A stretch of 52,064 nucleotides of DNA from Clostridia bacterium (GCA_900754695.1 CAAEDU010000044.1:1-52064), one strand, 5' to 3'; numbered from the stretch's first letter, positions 1 to 11,644 are shown. Numbers and translations are program-made. The notes: a model not told the origin generated them from the letters alone.

Positions 1-13
1 CTCACCCAGACCA

Positions 14-50
14 GAGCGTCGCGGACTTAACTCGTCCGCGACGCTTTCTT
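14..50 (+). terminator. Rho-independent terminator of a + strand gene that ends upstream of the window
   Basis: 12-bp perfect stem AGCGTCGCGGAC / GTCCGCGACGCT (14-26, 34-45), 7-nt loop, then TTCTT. Confidence 0.6.
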
Positions 51-88
51 ATGAAATCATCGCTCACTCGTTCCGTCGCTCCGCTTAT

Positions 89-146
89 ATGCCAGACAGG
101 AATAATGCAAACCCGCCTCAGAGCAATTCTTTTCGGCGCTTTTGCG
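89..146 (+). repeat. Copy A of dispersed intergenic repeat (dyad core ATGCC-N5-GGAAT plus tail GAGCAATTNTTTTCGGCGCT)
   Basis: ATGCCAGACAGGAAT at 89-103 and GAGCAATTCTTTTCGGCGCTTTTGCG at 121-146. Gap-free alignment with copy C (39371-39428): about 40 of 58 positions identical, identical head-to-tail spacing (32 nt). Confidence 0.6.
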
Positions 147-158
147 TTGGCGTTCGCA

Positions 159-536
159 TTAAACTTTGTGAGTTTTGATCCATTCAAGGAGATCGGCATG
201 GCTCATCTCGCCCGAGGCGATGCTGAGCCCGACGGCAGCGACTTCATCGTTGGTGGCTTCGAGGCGTATCCCGTTGACTTCGAGAAAAGTGAACATAACA
301 TAGATACCTATCCTTTTGTTGCCGTCAACGAATGCATGGTTTGAAATCAGACTATAACCTATCCTTGCCGCTTTCTCCTCTTTTGTGGGATAGAGTTCCT
401 TGCCATCGAATGTAGCATAAGCGCTCTCAAGAGCGGAATCGAGCAACCCGAGATCCCTAACATCGGCGCTTCCGCCGGTCTCGGCGATCATCAACTGATG
501 CAGCAAAAGGACTTTATCTCTGCCGAATTTGATCAT
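159..536 (-). CDS. doc: Doc (death-on-curing) Fic-domain toxin
   Basis: 125 aa with Fic/Doc motif HAFVDGNKRIG. ATGA 4-nt overlap with the upstream antitoxin ORF. Confidence 0.9.
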   Translation of the reverse strand: MIKFGRDKVLLLHQLMIAETGGSADVRDLGLLDSALESAYATFDGKELYPTKEEKAARIGYSLISNHAFVDGNKRIGIYVMFTFLEVNGIRLEATNDEVAAVGLSIASGEMSHADLLEWIKTHKV

Positions 537-775
537 TTTGCGAGCTCCTCGAATGCGGGACGATAACGCTCGAGTATCCTGCGCGCCACAACATCGATCT
601 TTTCGTCGTCGGTGAGATCGAGATAGGGGCTCGAATTGATATCGAGCACAATATATTTCGGGCGGTTATTCTTGAAGATCACGGCAGCTCCCGTGGAATC
701 CGCAACGCGCGCCACTCGAGAAAAGTTTTGATTGGCATCCGTCATAGAGACTATCTGCTCGGTTCTTATCGTCAT
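533..775 (-). CDS. phd: Phd/YefM-family antitoxin
   Basis: About 80 aa with a Phd/YefM-like N-terminus (IVSMTDANQNFSRVARVA...AVIFKNNRPKYIVL). GGAGG lies 7 nt upstream of the ATG at 775; the ATG at 781 is only 1 nt from the RBS. Confidence 0.85.
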   Translation of the reverse strand: MTIRTEQIVSMTDANQNFSRVARVADSTGAAVIFKNNRPKYIVLDINSSPYLDLTDDEKIDVVARRILERYRPAFEELAK

Positions 776-793
776 ATCCATACCTCCGATAAT

Positions 794-822
794 ATTATAA
801 CCGAAAAATAGGATAAAATCAA
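794..822 (-). promoter_or_regulatory. phd-doc promoter
   Basis: Minus strand TTGATT (817-822), 17 nt spacer, TATAAT (794-799). The -10 is embedded in the 10-bp palindrome ATAATATTAT, a plausible Phd/Doc autoregulation site. Confidence 0.55.
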
Positions 823-912
823 CCTATTTTTAACAACACTCCTCTGAAGAATAATTTGTCATATAGACTGTGAGTGCGAAGGGATTTTATATTACTTGGG
901 GGCATATGCCCG

Positions 913-944
913 ACAAAAGCATAACCGCGGCATTTGCCGCGGTT
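913..944 (-). terminator. Terminator downstream of nrdB
   Basis: 9-bp stem AACCGCGGC / GCCGCGGTT (923-931, 936-944), loop of 4, followed on the minus strand by ATGCTTTTG. Confidence 0.6.
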
Positions 945-1031
945 GCACATGACTGTTACGGGCTCAAAGCCCGATGAGGACATTATTATTGCATGATCTC
1001 GAAATTGTGTCAAGCACGATGCGGGAATATC

Positions 1032-2084
1032 TCACAGGTCGTCTTCGAGGGCGCTGGACTTGGCGTAGGCGGTGGAGCGGGCTTCGAAGAAATCCGTCTT
1101 GATGAGGTTGGCGTTGGAGTATTGGCTCACCCACGCCATGGACTCGGGCTCCTTCTCGTAGCCGTCGTAGAGGTTGCCGAAACCGATGCCGTTGGAGCGC
1201 AGGTTGCCGAGATATTTGATGTAGTCCTCCACCATCTGCTCGTTGAGACCGGGGATGTCGTTGCCGATGATGTACTTGCCCCACTTGATCTCCTGCCGCA
1301 CGCCCTCGCGCATCATCTCTTTGAGCTCCTCGACGGCATCGTCGGTGAAGAGCTCGGGCTCCTCTTTCTTGAGCTCAAGGATGATGGAGCGGAAGAGCCA
1401 GAGATGGGTGTTCTCGTCGCGGTTGATGTAGCGGATCTCCTGCACGGAGCCGGGCATCTTGCCGTTCCTGCCCAGGTTGTAGAAGAACATGAAGCCGGAA
1501 TAGAAATAGATGCCTTCGAGGATGTAGTTGGCGATCATCACTTTGAGAAGGGTCTCTGCGGACCTGTCCTCGCGGAAGAGGTTGTAGATGTCGCCGATGA
1601 ACTTGTTGCGGGCGAGGAGATGCTCGTCATCCTTCCACTGATAGAGCACCTCGGTGCGCTCGTCCGGGGAGCAGATGGTGTCCAGCATATAGCCGTAGCT
1701 CTGAGAGTGGATCGCCTCCTGATAGGTCTGGATGTTGAGGCAAAGGTTGACCTCGTTGGCGGTGATATATTCACCGATGCCGGGAAGGTTTGCGGTCTGT
1801 ATGGAGTCCAGAAACACCAGGAAACTCAGCACCTTGTCATACGCCCTGCGCTCTGCGGGAGTGAGCGCCTTGCGGTAGTCCTTGATGTCTTGATTCATGT
1901 TGACTTCTTCCGGGATCCAGAAGTTGTTCATCGCCTGGCGATACCACGCGCTCGTCCAGGAATATTTGAGGTTGTTGAAGTCGTTGAGGTTGGTGGTGTT
2001 GCCGCCGATCATGCGGCGCTTGGTCACTTCGATGTCGCCGTGCTCGTTGAAGAGGGGCTTCATTTTAAGATAATGTTTTTCCAT
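1032..2084 (-). CDS. nrdB: Ribonucleoside-diphosphate reductase beta (R2) subunit, class I
   Basis: 350 aa ferritin-like R2 (FWIPEEV, ILEGIYFYSGF, NRDENTHL), acidic C-terminal tail LEDDL. The symbol assumes class Ia because the partner alpha has an ATP-cone. Confidence 0.9.
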   Translation of the reverse strand: MEKHYLKMKPLFNEHGDIEVTKRRMIGGNTTNLNDFNNLKYSWTSAWYRQAMNNFWIPEEVNMNQDIKDYRKALTPAERRAYDKVLSFLVFLDSIQTANLPGIGEYITANEVNLCLNIQTYQEAIHSQSYGYMLDTICSPDERTEVLYQWKDDEHLLARNKFIGDIYNLFREDRSAETLLKVMIANYILEGIYFYSGFMFFYNLGRNGKMPGSVQEIRYINRDENTHLWLFRSIILELKKEEPELFTDDAVEELKEMMREGVRQEIKWGKYIIGNDIPGLNEQMVEDYIKYLGNLRSNGIGFGNLYDGYEKEPESMAWVSQYSNANLIKTDFFEARSTAYAKSSALEDDL

Positions 2085-2208
2085 AATTCCTCCGAATGCT
2101 GCTTTTATATTGTTGTTTTGTGTTGTTCAACCTTACATTTTGTCGCTACACGCCTTTGTGCGCGATAGCGGCGCAGGAGCTTGCTCTCCGCGCCCGCGGC
2201 GTTCCGCG

Positions 2209-4719
2209 TCAGGACGAACAGGACTCGCACTCTTCCACTTCGAGGGACTTGGAGCGGATGTAATAGATGGTCTTGACGCCCTCCTCCCAAGCGAGGATGT
2301 AGAGGTTCAGCACCTGCCGCATCGTGAACTCGTTGGTGATGTAGAGGTTGAGAGACTGCGCCTGGTCCACATGACGCTGTCTTGCTCCCGCCGCTCTCAC
2401 CGTCCAGGTCTGGTCGATGAGGTGGGCGTTTTTGTAGAGCCAATAGGTCGCGGGAGAGAGGTCGGGCGCGACGCGCGGGATCATGGCGCCCTTCTTCTCC
2501 TCAAAGAAGAACTTCTTCATGACGGGGTCGAGACCCGCAGTCGTCCCCGCGATGATGGAAGTCGAGGAAGTCGGCGCCACGGCGATGAGATAGGAGTTGC
2601 GCATCCCCTGCTCTTTCACCTTTTCGCGGAGAGCGGTCCACCTTTCGGAGAGGTACTCGCGCTTGTCGAAATAGGCGCCCGTCTGCCAGTCCGAGCCCTC
2701 GAAGAAGAGATAGCTCCCCTTTTCCTTCGCGATGTCGCTGCTCGCCTCGATGGCGTAGTAGTTGATGTCCTCAAACACCTTGTCCGCAAAGGCGATGTGC
2801 TCCTCGCTCTCCCACTTGACGCCGTTCTTCGCGAGCATATGGTGATAGCCGGACACGCCGAGACCGATGGGGCGATACTTCTTGTTGTTGATCTTGGCGT
2901 ACTCCACGGGATAGAAATTGAGGTCGATGACGTTGTCCAGCCCGCGCACCGCCGTACGCACGATGTCTTTAAGTTCCGCCTCGTTCGTAACGCCGATGTT
3001 GCCCAGGACGAGGGATGCGAGGTTGCACACCACAAAATCGCCGGGACGGGTGACCTGCACCACCACTTCCTCACCGTTCTCGGTGACTATCTCGCGGGAG
3101 ACGAGCTCGATGGGCGACATGTTCTGCGCAATCTCCGTGCAGAGGTTGGAGCAATAGATCATGCCCTTGTGCGGGTTGGGGTTGGTGCGGTTGACGTGGT
3201 CGCGGTTGAAGCAGAAGGGAGTGCCCGTCTCCACCGCGGATTTCAGGATCAGACGCACCACTTCCTTCACGGGGATGACGCGCTTTGAGATGCGCTCGTC
3301 CTGCACGCAGTCGTAATATTTGCTCTCCCAATCCGCGCCGTAGCTGTCCTCGAGGTGATAGCCTTTGACGGTGAATATCTCGTGGGGGCACATCATATAC
3401 CACGGGGCGTTGATGTTGTCGCGGGCGAGCCGCCAGAAGAGGTCGGGATAGCACACCGCGGGGAAGACGTCGTGCGCCTTCATCCTGTCGTCGCCGTTGT
3501 TGGTGCGCAGCTGCAAAAACTCGGGCAGATCCTTGTGCCATGCGTCGAGATAGACCGCAACGGCGCCCTGACGCATGCCGAGCTGATCCACCGCGACGGC
3601 GGTGTCGTTGACGAGTTTGATCCAACGGATGACTCCGCCCGCCGCGCCCTGGAAGCCGCGTATGGGCGCGCCCGTCGCGCGTACTTTGCCGAAATAGAGA
3701 CCCATGCCGCCCCCGAACTTGCTCACTTTGGAGAAGTTGTCGATGCTGCGGTAGATGCCGTCGAGAGAATCGGGCACGGTGTCGATGAAACAGCTCGAGA
3801 GCTGATGATAGGGCTTGCGAGAGTTGGAAAGCGTTGGGGTCGCCACCGTCACTTTCAAAAGGGAAAGCATGTCGTAGAACGCCTTCACCCAGCGCATCCT
3901 GTCCTTCTCCTTCATCGCAAGGTGCATTGCGATGCCGAGGAACATCTCCTGCGGAGTCTCGAGCAGCGTGCCGTCGAAGTCGTGGATGACATAGCGTTTG
4001 AGCACGAGCTGCAAAGAGGAATAGGTGAAAAGTTTGTCACGCTCCGCGTCGATGAGACGGGCGCAGGCGTTCACTTCCTCCTCTGTGTAGTTTTCGAGGA
4101 TATATTTGCCGTAAAGACCTCGGTCGGTAAGATAGCTCAGCTTTGAGAAAAAGCCGTCTATCCCCCTCTCCTTCTCGCGCGCGGCAAGTTTGAAGTGCAT
4201 GTCCGCCATCACGAGACGCGCGGAGATGAACTCCCATTTGGGCGCTTCCTGGGTGGTGAGCTCGACGGCGGCGCGCACGAGCGCCGCATAGCGCGCGTTT
4301 TCGTCCGCTCCTTCTCTTGCGAAAGAGGCGAACTTGCCTGAAAGATACATCAGGTCATACTCTGGCTCGGTGAAGTCCGCCTGGATGCCTTTGAGCACGG
4401 CGGAGAGCTCCCTTTCAGGGAAATTTTCCGCGATCTCGGTGCGGTACGCCCTCGCCTTCGCGCGGGAGTCGCGGTAAAGGATGAAACTCTTGACTTCGTC
4501 GAAATAGCCCTTCTCCATCAGGGTCTTTTCCGCAAAGTCCTGCACCTCTTCGACGGTGGTCGGGAAGGCGGTGATCTTGGCGATGACGGCGTCCGTGAGA
4601 GCGTCGAGCTCCGCGTCCGTCACGGCATGCTCCACGCTGCGGAAAGCGGCTGCGAGAGCGTTCTTGATCTTGACGGCGTCGAACTTCTGCTTTTTGCCGT
4701 CTCTCTTGGTGATGAACAT
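2209..4719 (-). CDS. nrdA: Ribonucleoside-diphosphate reductase alpha (R1) subunit with N-terminal ATP-cone
   Basis: 836 aa. ATP-cone (ITKRDGKKQKFDAVKIKNAL), catalytic core (YCSNLCTEI, APTSSTS), C-terminal CESCSS. ATG at 4719 preceded by AGGAGGGG; the ORF-track start at 4734 is a TTG inside the RBS region. Confidence 0.93.
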   Translation of the reverse strand: MFITKRDGKKQKFDAVKIKNALAAAFRSVEHAVTDAELDALTDAVIAKITAFPTTVEEVQDFAEKTLMEKGYFDEVKSFILYRDSRAKARAYRTEIAENFPERELSAVLKGIQADFTEPEYDLMYLSGKFASFAREGADENARYAALVRAAVELTTQEAPKWEFISARLVMADMHFKLAAREKERGIDGFFSKLSYLTDRGLYGKYILENYTEEEVNACARLIDAERDKLFTYSSLQLVLKRYVIHDFDGTLLETPQEMFLGIAMHLAMKEKDRMRWVKAFYDMLSLLKVTVATPTLSNSRKPYHQLSSCFIDTVPDSLDGIYRSIDNFSKVSKFGGGMGLYFGKVRATGAPIRGFQGAAGGVIRWIKLVNDTAVAVDQLGMRQGAVAVYLDAWHKDLPEFLQLRTNNGDDRMKAHDVFPAVCYPDLFWRLARDNINAPWYMMCPHEIFTVKGYHLEDSYGADWESKYYDCVQDERISKRVIPVKEVVRLILKSAVETGTPFCFNRDHVNRTNPNPHKGMIYCSNLCTEIAQNMSPIELVSREIVTENGEEVVVQVTRPGDFVVCNLASLVLGNIGVTNEAELKDIVRTAVRGLDNVIDLNFYPVEYAKINNKKYRPIGLGVSGYHHMLAKNGVKWESEEHIAFADKVFEDINYYAIEASSDIAKEKGSYLFFEGSDWQTGAYFDKREYLSERWTALREKVKEQGMRNSYLIAVAPTSSTSIIAGTTAGLDPVMKKFFFEEKKGAMIPRVAPDLSPATYWLYKNAHLIDQTWTVRAAGARQRHVDQAQSLNLYITNEFTMRQVLNLYILAWEEGVKTIYYIRSKSLEVEECESCSS

Positions 4720-4727
4720 AGCCCCTC

Positions 4728-4776
4728 CTAACAATATATGGAAATCGTTGCGGCGTCACACCACAACATATAGCTT
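4728..4776 (-). promoter_or_regulatory. Two NrdR-box-like sites in the nrdA 5' region
   Basis: Minus strand CCATATATTGTTAG (4728-4741) and AAGCTATATGTTGTGG (4761-4776), about 33 bp centre to centre. One overlaps the predicted TSS, the other abuts the RBS. They resemble the AT-core NrdR box (acaCwAtATaTwGtgt). Confidence 0.5.
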
Positions 4777-4780
4777 TTCC

Positions 4781-4809
4781 ATTGTATCAAAGGAGCATTG
4801 TCTTGGCAA
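4781..4809 (-). promoter_or_regulatory. nrdAB promoter
   Basis: Minus strand TTGCCA (4804-4809), 17 nt, TACAAT (4781-4786). Confidence 0.65.
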
Positions 4810-5043
4810 GCGCTTTCGAGGTTTTTCCGGCGGCAAAAACACCCCTTTTTCACCCGCCGCACGCCGGCGGCGAAAAACGCCCGAAAAGCAATGCCGCAGG
4901 GCGTCCGAGGATAAATATGCAAACTCTCAAAAACCGATACTGCATGGTGTCGGAAGAGCACATCACCTGTCGGCGCCGATGTCGCACGGCGCCCGAAGCG
5001 GAAGGCAGAGAGCGCACACGGAGCGATGATAAAAAGGGAGGAC

Positions 5044-5069
5044 AAGAAAAAAGACGGGCAACGCCCGTC
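5044..5069 (-). terminator. Terminator of the ATP synthase operon
   Basis: Stem GACGGGC / GCCCGTC (5053-5059, 5063-5069), 3-nt loop, followed on the minus strand by TTTTTTCTT. Confidence 0.8.
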
Positions 5070-5106
5070 ATGTCACTTGTGCGCGGTACTGCCATTTGTG
5101 CCGCCG

Positions 5107-7797
<2,691 letters not shown>

Positions 7798-7801
<4 letters not shown>

Positions 7802-9522
7802 TTCCTCTCCGCCATGACGGCGTTCGCCGCCTTAAGGATATTCTCTTTGAGTTCGGGCGAAAGTTTGCCCGTGCCCGCGATCTCCGCCGAAAACTCGGGG
7901 TGTCTCTCCTCGAGCGCGGCGATGAGCCTCTCCGCCTCGGCGTTGATGCGGGCGGGCGGGACGCTCTCGAAGACGTGCCCGAGCGCACACACCAGCAACA
8001 GCACTTCCTGCGCCTGCGTATAGGGCTTGCATTGCGGCTGACGCAACAGTCTCATGAGCCCCTGTCCGTAGAAGAGCTGCTTGCGCGTGAGCTCGTCCAA
8101 GTCGCCCGCAAACTGCATGAAGACCTCCATCTCGCGGTATTGCGCAAGGTCGAGACGGAGGGAGCCGACCGCCTTTTTCACCGCCGGCGTCTGCGCGTTT
8201 CCGCCCACTCGGGAGACGGAAAGACCGACGTTGACGGCGGGGCGCTGTCCCTCGAAAAAGAGCTCGCTCTCGAGGAATATCTGCCCGTCCGTGATGGAGA
8301 TGACATTGGTGGGGATATAGGCGGAAACGTCGCCCGCCTGGGTCTCGACGACGGGAAGCGCGGTCATGCTGCCCCCGCCGAGCTCGTCGGAGAGGTGCGC
8401 CGCGCGCTCCAACAGTCTGGAATGCAGATAAAAGACGTCGCCGGGATAAGCCTCGCGCCCGGGAGCGCGCTCCAAAAGCAGGCTGAGGGTGCGGTACGCC
8501 ACCGCGTGTTTGCTCAGGTCGTCATAGACGATCAAGACGTCCTTGCCCGAATACATGAAATATTCCGCAAGCGCGCAGCCCGCATAGGGGGCGATATACT
8601 GCATGGGGGCGGACTCCCCCGCGCCCGCGGTGAGGATGACGGTGTAGTCGAGGACGCCGTAGCGTTTCAGCATATCCGCAAGCCGCACGACGGAGGAAGT
8701 CTTCTGCCCTATGGCGACATAGATGCAGATGACGCCCTTACCTTTCTGATTGATGATGGTGTCGAGGGCGATGGCGGTCTTGCCCGTCTGTCTGTCCCCG
8801 ATGATGAGCTCGCGCTGACCCCTGCCGATGGGGAAGAGGGCGTCCACGACGAGCAGCCCCGTCTCCATGGGCTTGTTGACGGGCTGACGGTCGACGATGC
8901 CGGGAGCGGGACACTCGATGGGACGATAGCCGTCCGCCTCGATCGCACCCTCGTCGTCCACGGGCTCGCCGAGCGCGTTGATCACTCTGCCGAGGAAACC
9001 GTCCCCTACGGGGACGCCCGCGGTCTTGCCCGTGCGGTGCACGGCGCTTCCCGCCGTGACGTCGCGGCTGTCGCCGAACATGATCACGCCCACGCTGTCC
9101 CGCCGGAGCTCCTGCACCATGCCCTTCACTCCGCACTCGAAGATGACGATCTCGCCGTAAGTGGCGTGCGCGAGCCCGTCCACTCTGGCGATGCCGTCGC
9201 CGACGGAAAGCACTCTGCCGCGCTCTTCGGAAAGCACTTCGGGCGACCACTCGTCGACCGCCTTTCGGATGAGAGGGATGACATTGCTCTCGGAAAGTGC
9301 GAGAGAGGCGAGTTTGTTTTTGAGCTGAGTCAGCCTGCCGCCCGCGCTCCAATCATAGACGTCTCCCCCGACTTCCAGCCCGAAGCCGCCGGGATAGGCG
9401 GAACTGCGCACCCATTCAAGCTCCGTATCTCCGTATTTTTCCGTGAGAAAACGCACGAAACGCGCAAATTGCGCGTCCGAGGGACGGGATTCGGAATAAA
9501 GGACCGCCTTAATCTTTGCCAT
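7798..9522 (-). CDS. atpA: F1 ATP synthase alpha subunit with N-terminal delta(OSCP) C-terminal-domain-like extension
   Basis: 574 aa from the ATG at 9522. Residues about 78-574 align with alpha (GDRQTGKT Walker A). Residues 1-73 (..AYPGGFGLEVGGDVYDWSAGGRLTQLKNKL) match the C-terminal motif of delta. No separate atpH lies between atpF and atpA. Confidence 0.9.
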
Positions 9523-10003
9523 CTTGTTTTCCTTTTTCGGCAGCGGCGAGGAATTCCTCATAAGCCGCGTCCACATCGTTTGCGGGACCGACTTTTTCGG
9601 CGATCTTGCCCACTATATCGCGGATGTCGTCGCCCGCCTTGCCGACGATGCGGTCATGTTCTTTGACTGCCGCGGCTTTCGCATCGGCGACTATCTTTTC
9701 CGCTTCCGCTTCCGCGGCCTGCATCCTTTCTTTGCGCGCGTTTTCCGCCGACAAAGCCGCCTCGTGCTTCATGGACGCGATCTCCTCCTCCGCGCGGGCG
9801 AGCTTGTCATCATACTCGCGACGGGAGTTTTCGGCATCCTCTTTGGCTTTCGCGGTGTCAGCCTCGCGCTCGGCGTAAGCGTCCTCCCTCTTCTTCATAA
9901 ACTTCTTGACAGGCTTATAAAGCAGCAGGTAAAGCCCGACGCCGAGAATGAGGAAATTGAACAGATGCAGCAGGATCTGCTGCCAATCGATGTTGAGAGG
10001 CAT
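9509..10003 (-). CDS. atpF: Fo ATP synthase b subunit
   Basis: 164 aa, one N-terminal TM helix then a long charged coiled coil. Overlaps the atpA start by 14 nt. Confidence 0.9.
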   Translation of the reverse strand: MPLNIDWQQILLHLFNFLILGVGLYLLLYKPVKKFMKKREDAYAEREADTAKAKEDAENSRREYDDKLARAEEEIASMKHEAALSAENARKERMQAAEAEAEKIVADAKAAAVKEHDRIVGKAGDDIRDIVGKIAEKVGPANDVDAAYEEFLAAAEKGKQDGKD

Positions 10004-10012
10004 ATCCGCTCC

Positions 10013-10456
10013 TTAAAGCACGAAGATGATGAGGATGGCGATGATGAGCGCGTAGATGATGGCGGTCTCGATGAAGACGAGACCGAGCATCATGCTCGAA
10101 CGCACATCGTTCTTCGCCTCGGGCTGACGGGCGATGCTCTCGTTGGACTTCGCGACGGCGATGCCCATGCCGATGGCGCCTGCCGCTGCCGCAAGACCGA
10201 CCGCGATCGCCGCAGCGAGAGCGATCATGCCCTTGTTGTCTTCCGCAGGTGCGGCGGGAGTCTCATCCTCCGCGGGCGCCTGAACGGCGTCATCCGCCTC
10301 GCCCTCCGCCTCCGTCACGACGTCGGTGCCCGCTTCGGGCTCGGCTGCCGCGACATCTCCCGTGAACGCGATGCCGAGGACGACTCCGAGGGCGGCGAGA
10401 GCCACGATGAGCATGACTGCTGCGGCAATGATCTTCAGATTGATCGCTTTTTTCAT
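10013..10456 (-). CDS. atpE: Fo ATP synthase c subunit with 76-aa N-terminal extension
   Basis: C-terminal 71 aa is a canonical c hairpin (ARQPE loop, carboxylate in VFIETAIIY). The upstream in-frame 76 aa has one TM helix plus an acidic P/A/E-rich linker. AAGAGG RBS serves the ATG at 10456, while the internal ATG at 10228 has no good RBS. Confidence 0.8.
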   Translation of the reverse strand: MKKAINLKIIAAAVMLIVALAALGVVLGIAFTGDVAAAEPEAGTDVVTEAEGEADDAVQAPAEDETPAAPAEDNKGMIALAAAIAVGLAAAAGAIGMGIAVAKSNESIARQPEAKNDVRSSMMLGLVFIETAIIYALIIAILIIFVL

Positions 10457-10457
10457 A

Positions 10458-11351
10458 TCAAACCTCTTGAACTGCGGTCTGCGCGCTGCCGTGAGAGTGA
10501 CGCGCGCGTCTGCGTTCCTTCTTTTTCTTGTGATAGGGTTCCGAGACCTCGCCGTAGAACAGCGAAGTCAGCATGACCAGGACGTAAGTCTGTATGAGTG
10601 CGTGCATGAGCGTGAACAGCACCCCGACGATGACGGGCAGCACGAAGCTCAACGCGAGATAATAATAGACGAGTTCGGTGACGAGCAGCCCGGAGAGCAT
10701 GGCTCCGAAGAGACGGAAGCTCATGGAGATGGGCAGAGAGAAATCTTTCAGAGTGCGCCCCACTCCCCTGAGACCCGCTCCCGCTATGCCGCCCGAGAGG
10801 ATGACGAAGTAGGAGAGGAAGCCGAGCGCGATGGCGGCGTTGATGTCCGCAAGCGGCGCCGGGAGAGACATCGAGTGCCCGGCGGTGGAGACTACGGGGA
10901 TGCCGACAAGCTCGAACACGGTGCCCACAAAGATATAGCACCCTGCGGCAAAGATGTACGCGCCGAGGAAGCCGTTGCGGTGGGGACTGTTGCCCTTTGC
11001 GAGCCCGTCGAAGAGCCCGACGATCGTCTCGATGAAGAGCTGGAATTTGCCGGGGACGCGCTTGAAACGCGGGATGACGAATATGCGCACAACGGCTGCA
11101 AAACCCAGCAAAAGTATGGTCACCGCAATGGCGGAAATGAGAGCGGGATTGACCTCGAGCCCAAAGAGAGAGATCTTGTTCTCGCCGTGCAGGACGGCGT
11201 CATTCATCACTTCGGAGATGTCCTCGGGGTTGGTGTAAAGGGGATCGGTAAAGACGATGCCGATGACGAGCGCGACGAAAATGACGGCTATGACGGCGAT
11301 CGCGACGATCTTTTTCTTCTTCTGCACTACGCTTTTTGTCTCTTGCGACAT
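10458..11351 (-). CDS. atpB: Fo ATP synthase a subunit
   Basis: 297 aa from the ATG at 11351 (GGAGGG RBS). Polytopic membrane protein with the conserved Arg region (SMSFRLFGAM) typical of subunit a. Confidence 0.9.
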   Translation of the reverse strand: MSQETKSVVQKKKKIVAIAVIAVIFVALVIGIVFTDPLYTNPEDISEVMNDAVLHGENKISLFGLEVNPALISAIAVTILLLGFAAVVRIFVIPRFKRVPGKFQLFIETIVGLFDGLAKGNSPHRNGFLGAYIFAAGCYIFVGTVFELVGIPVVSTAGHSMSLPAPLADINAAIALGFLSYFVILSGGIAGAGLRGVGRTLKDFSLPISMSFRLFGAMLSGLLVTELVYYYLALSFVLPVIVGVLFTLMHALIQTYVLVMLTSLFYGEVSEPYHKKKKERRRARHSHGSAQTAVQEV

Positions 11352-11375
11352 GGTCCCTCCGACTTGTCGAACACG

Positions 11376-11404
11376 ATTATATTCCCAAACGCACGGATTG
11401 GCAA
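11376..11404 (-). promoter_or_regulatory. atp operon promoter
   Basis: Minus strand TTGCCA (11399-11404), 17 nt, TATAAT (11376-11381), about 25 nt upstream of the atpB ATG. No atpI ORF. Confidence 0.65.
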
Positions 11405-11444
11405 ACGCTTGACGCACATTTCTCTCTTCTTATTCTTCTCAAAA

Positions 11445-11460
11445 AGGAATATATATTCCT
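11445..11460. repeat. 16-bp perfect palindrome AGGAATATATATTCCT
   Basis: Perfect dyad about 45 bp upstream of the atp -35; candidate operator. Confidence 0.7.
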
Positions 11461-11644
11461 TTCCGAGCCGCTGAGCAGCCCTGAATAGCGCGGAAACGCG
11501 CGTCTTTTTAGTGGTTTTCCGCCATTTTTACACATGTTGCCCCCGGATATGAAACGACCCGTTCGGCGCCGCAGATCTCCGCCCTTCGGGAACAGCAACG
11601 CTCCGCGCTCCTTAAAAAGCGGAAAATTCACTTTTTCCGCAAAG

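Noticed and set aside
51-344. 97-aa + strand ORF overlapping doc
   Set aside because: It is antisense to a well-supported Doc toxin gene and starts inside repeat copy A, with no RBS.
1024-1033. 10-mer GGAATATCTC occurring three times (1024, 17037, 36425) as part of the dispersed repeat
   Set aside because: The copy at 17037 lies inside the PfkB kinase coding frame (E-Y-L-S). The copy at 1024 sits in the intergenic spacer immediately downstream of nrdB, its last 2 nt overlapping the nrdB stop codon. Neither has the ATGCC head, so I treat them as coincidence or, at most, degenerate fragments.
4810-5043. Cobalamin riboswitch or independent sRNA in the 230-nt spacer between the atp terminator and the nrd promoter
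   Set aside because: There is no B12 box (GCCACUG) or AGGGAA/GGUGC core, and I could not find a promoter. The hairpin plus U5 at 4873-4905 (minus strand) is more simply a second, backup terminator for the atp operon.
10013-10228. Na+-specific signature in the c subunit
   Set aside because: The Gln of the Q..ES/T Na+ motif aligns with Met here. Only E-T and a downstream Tyr are present, which is not enough to call ion specificity.
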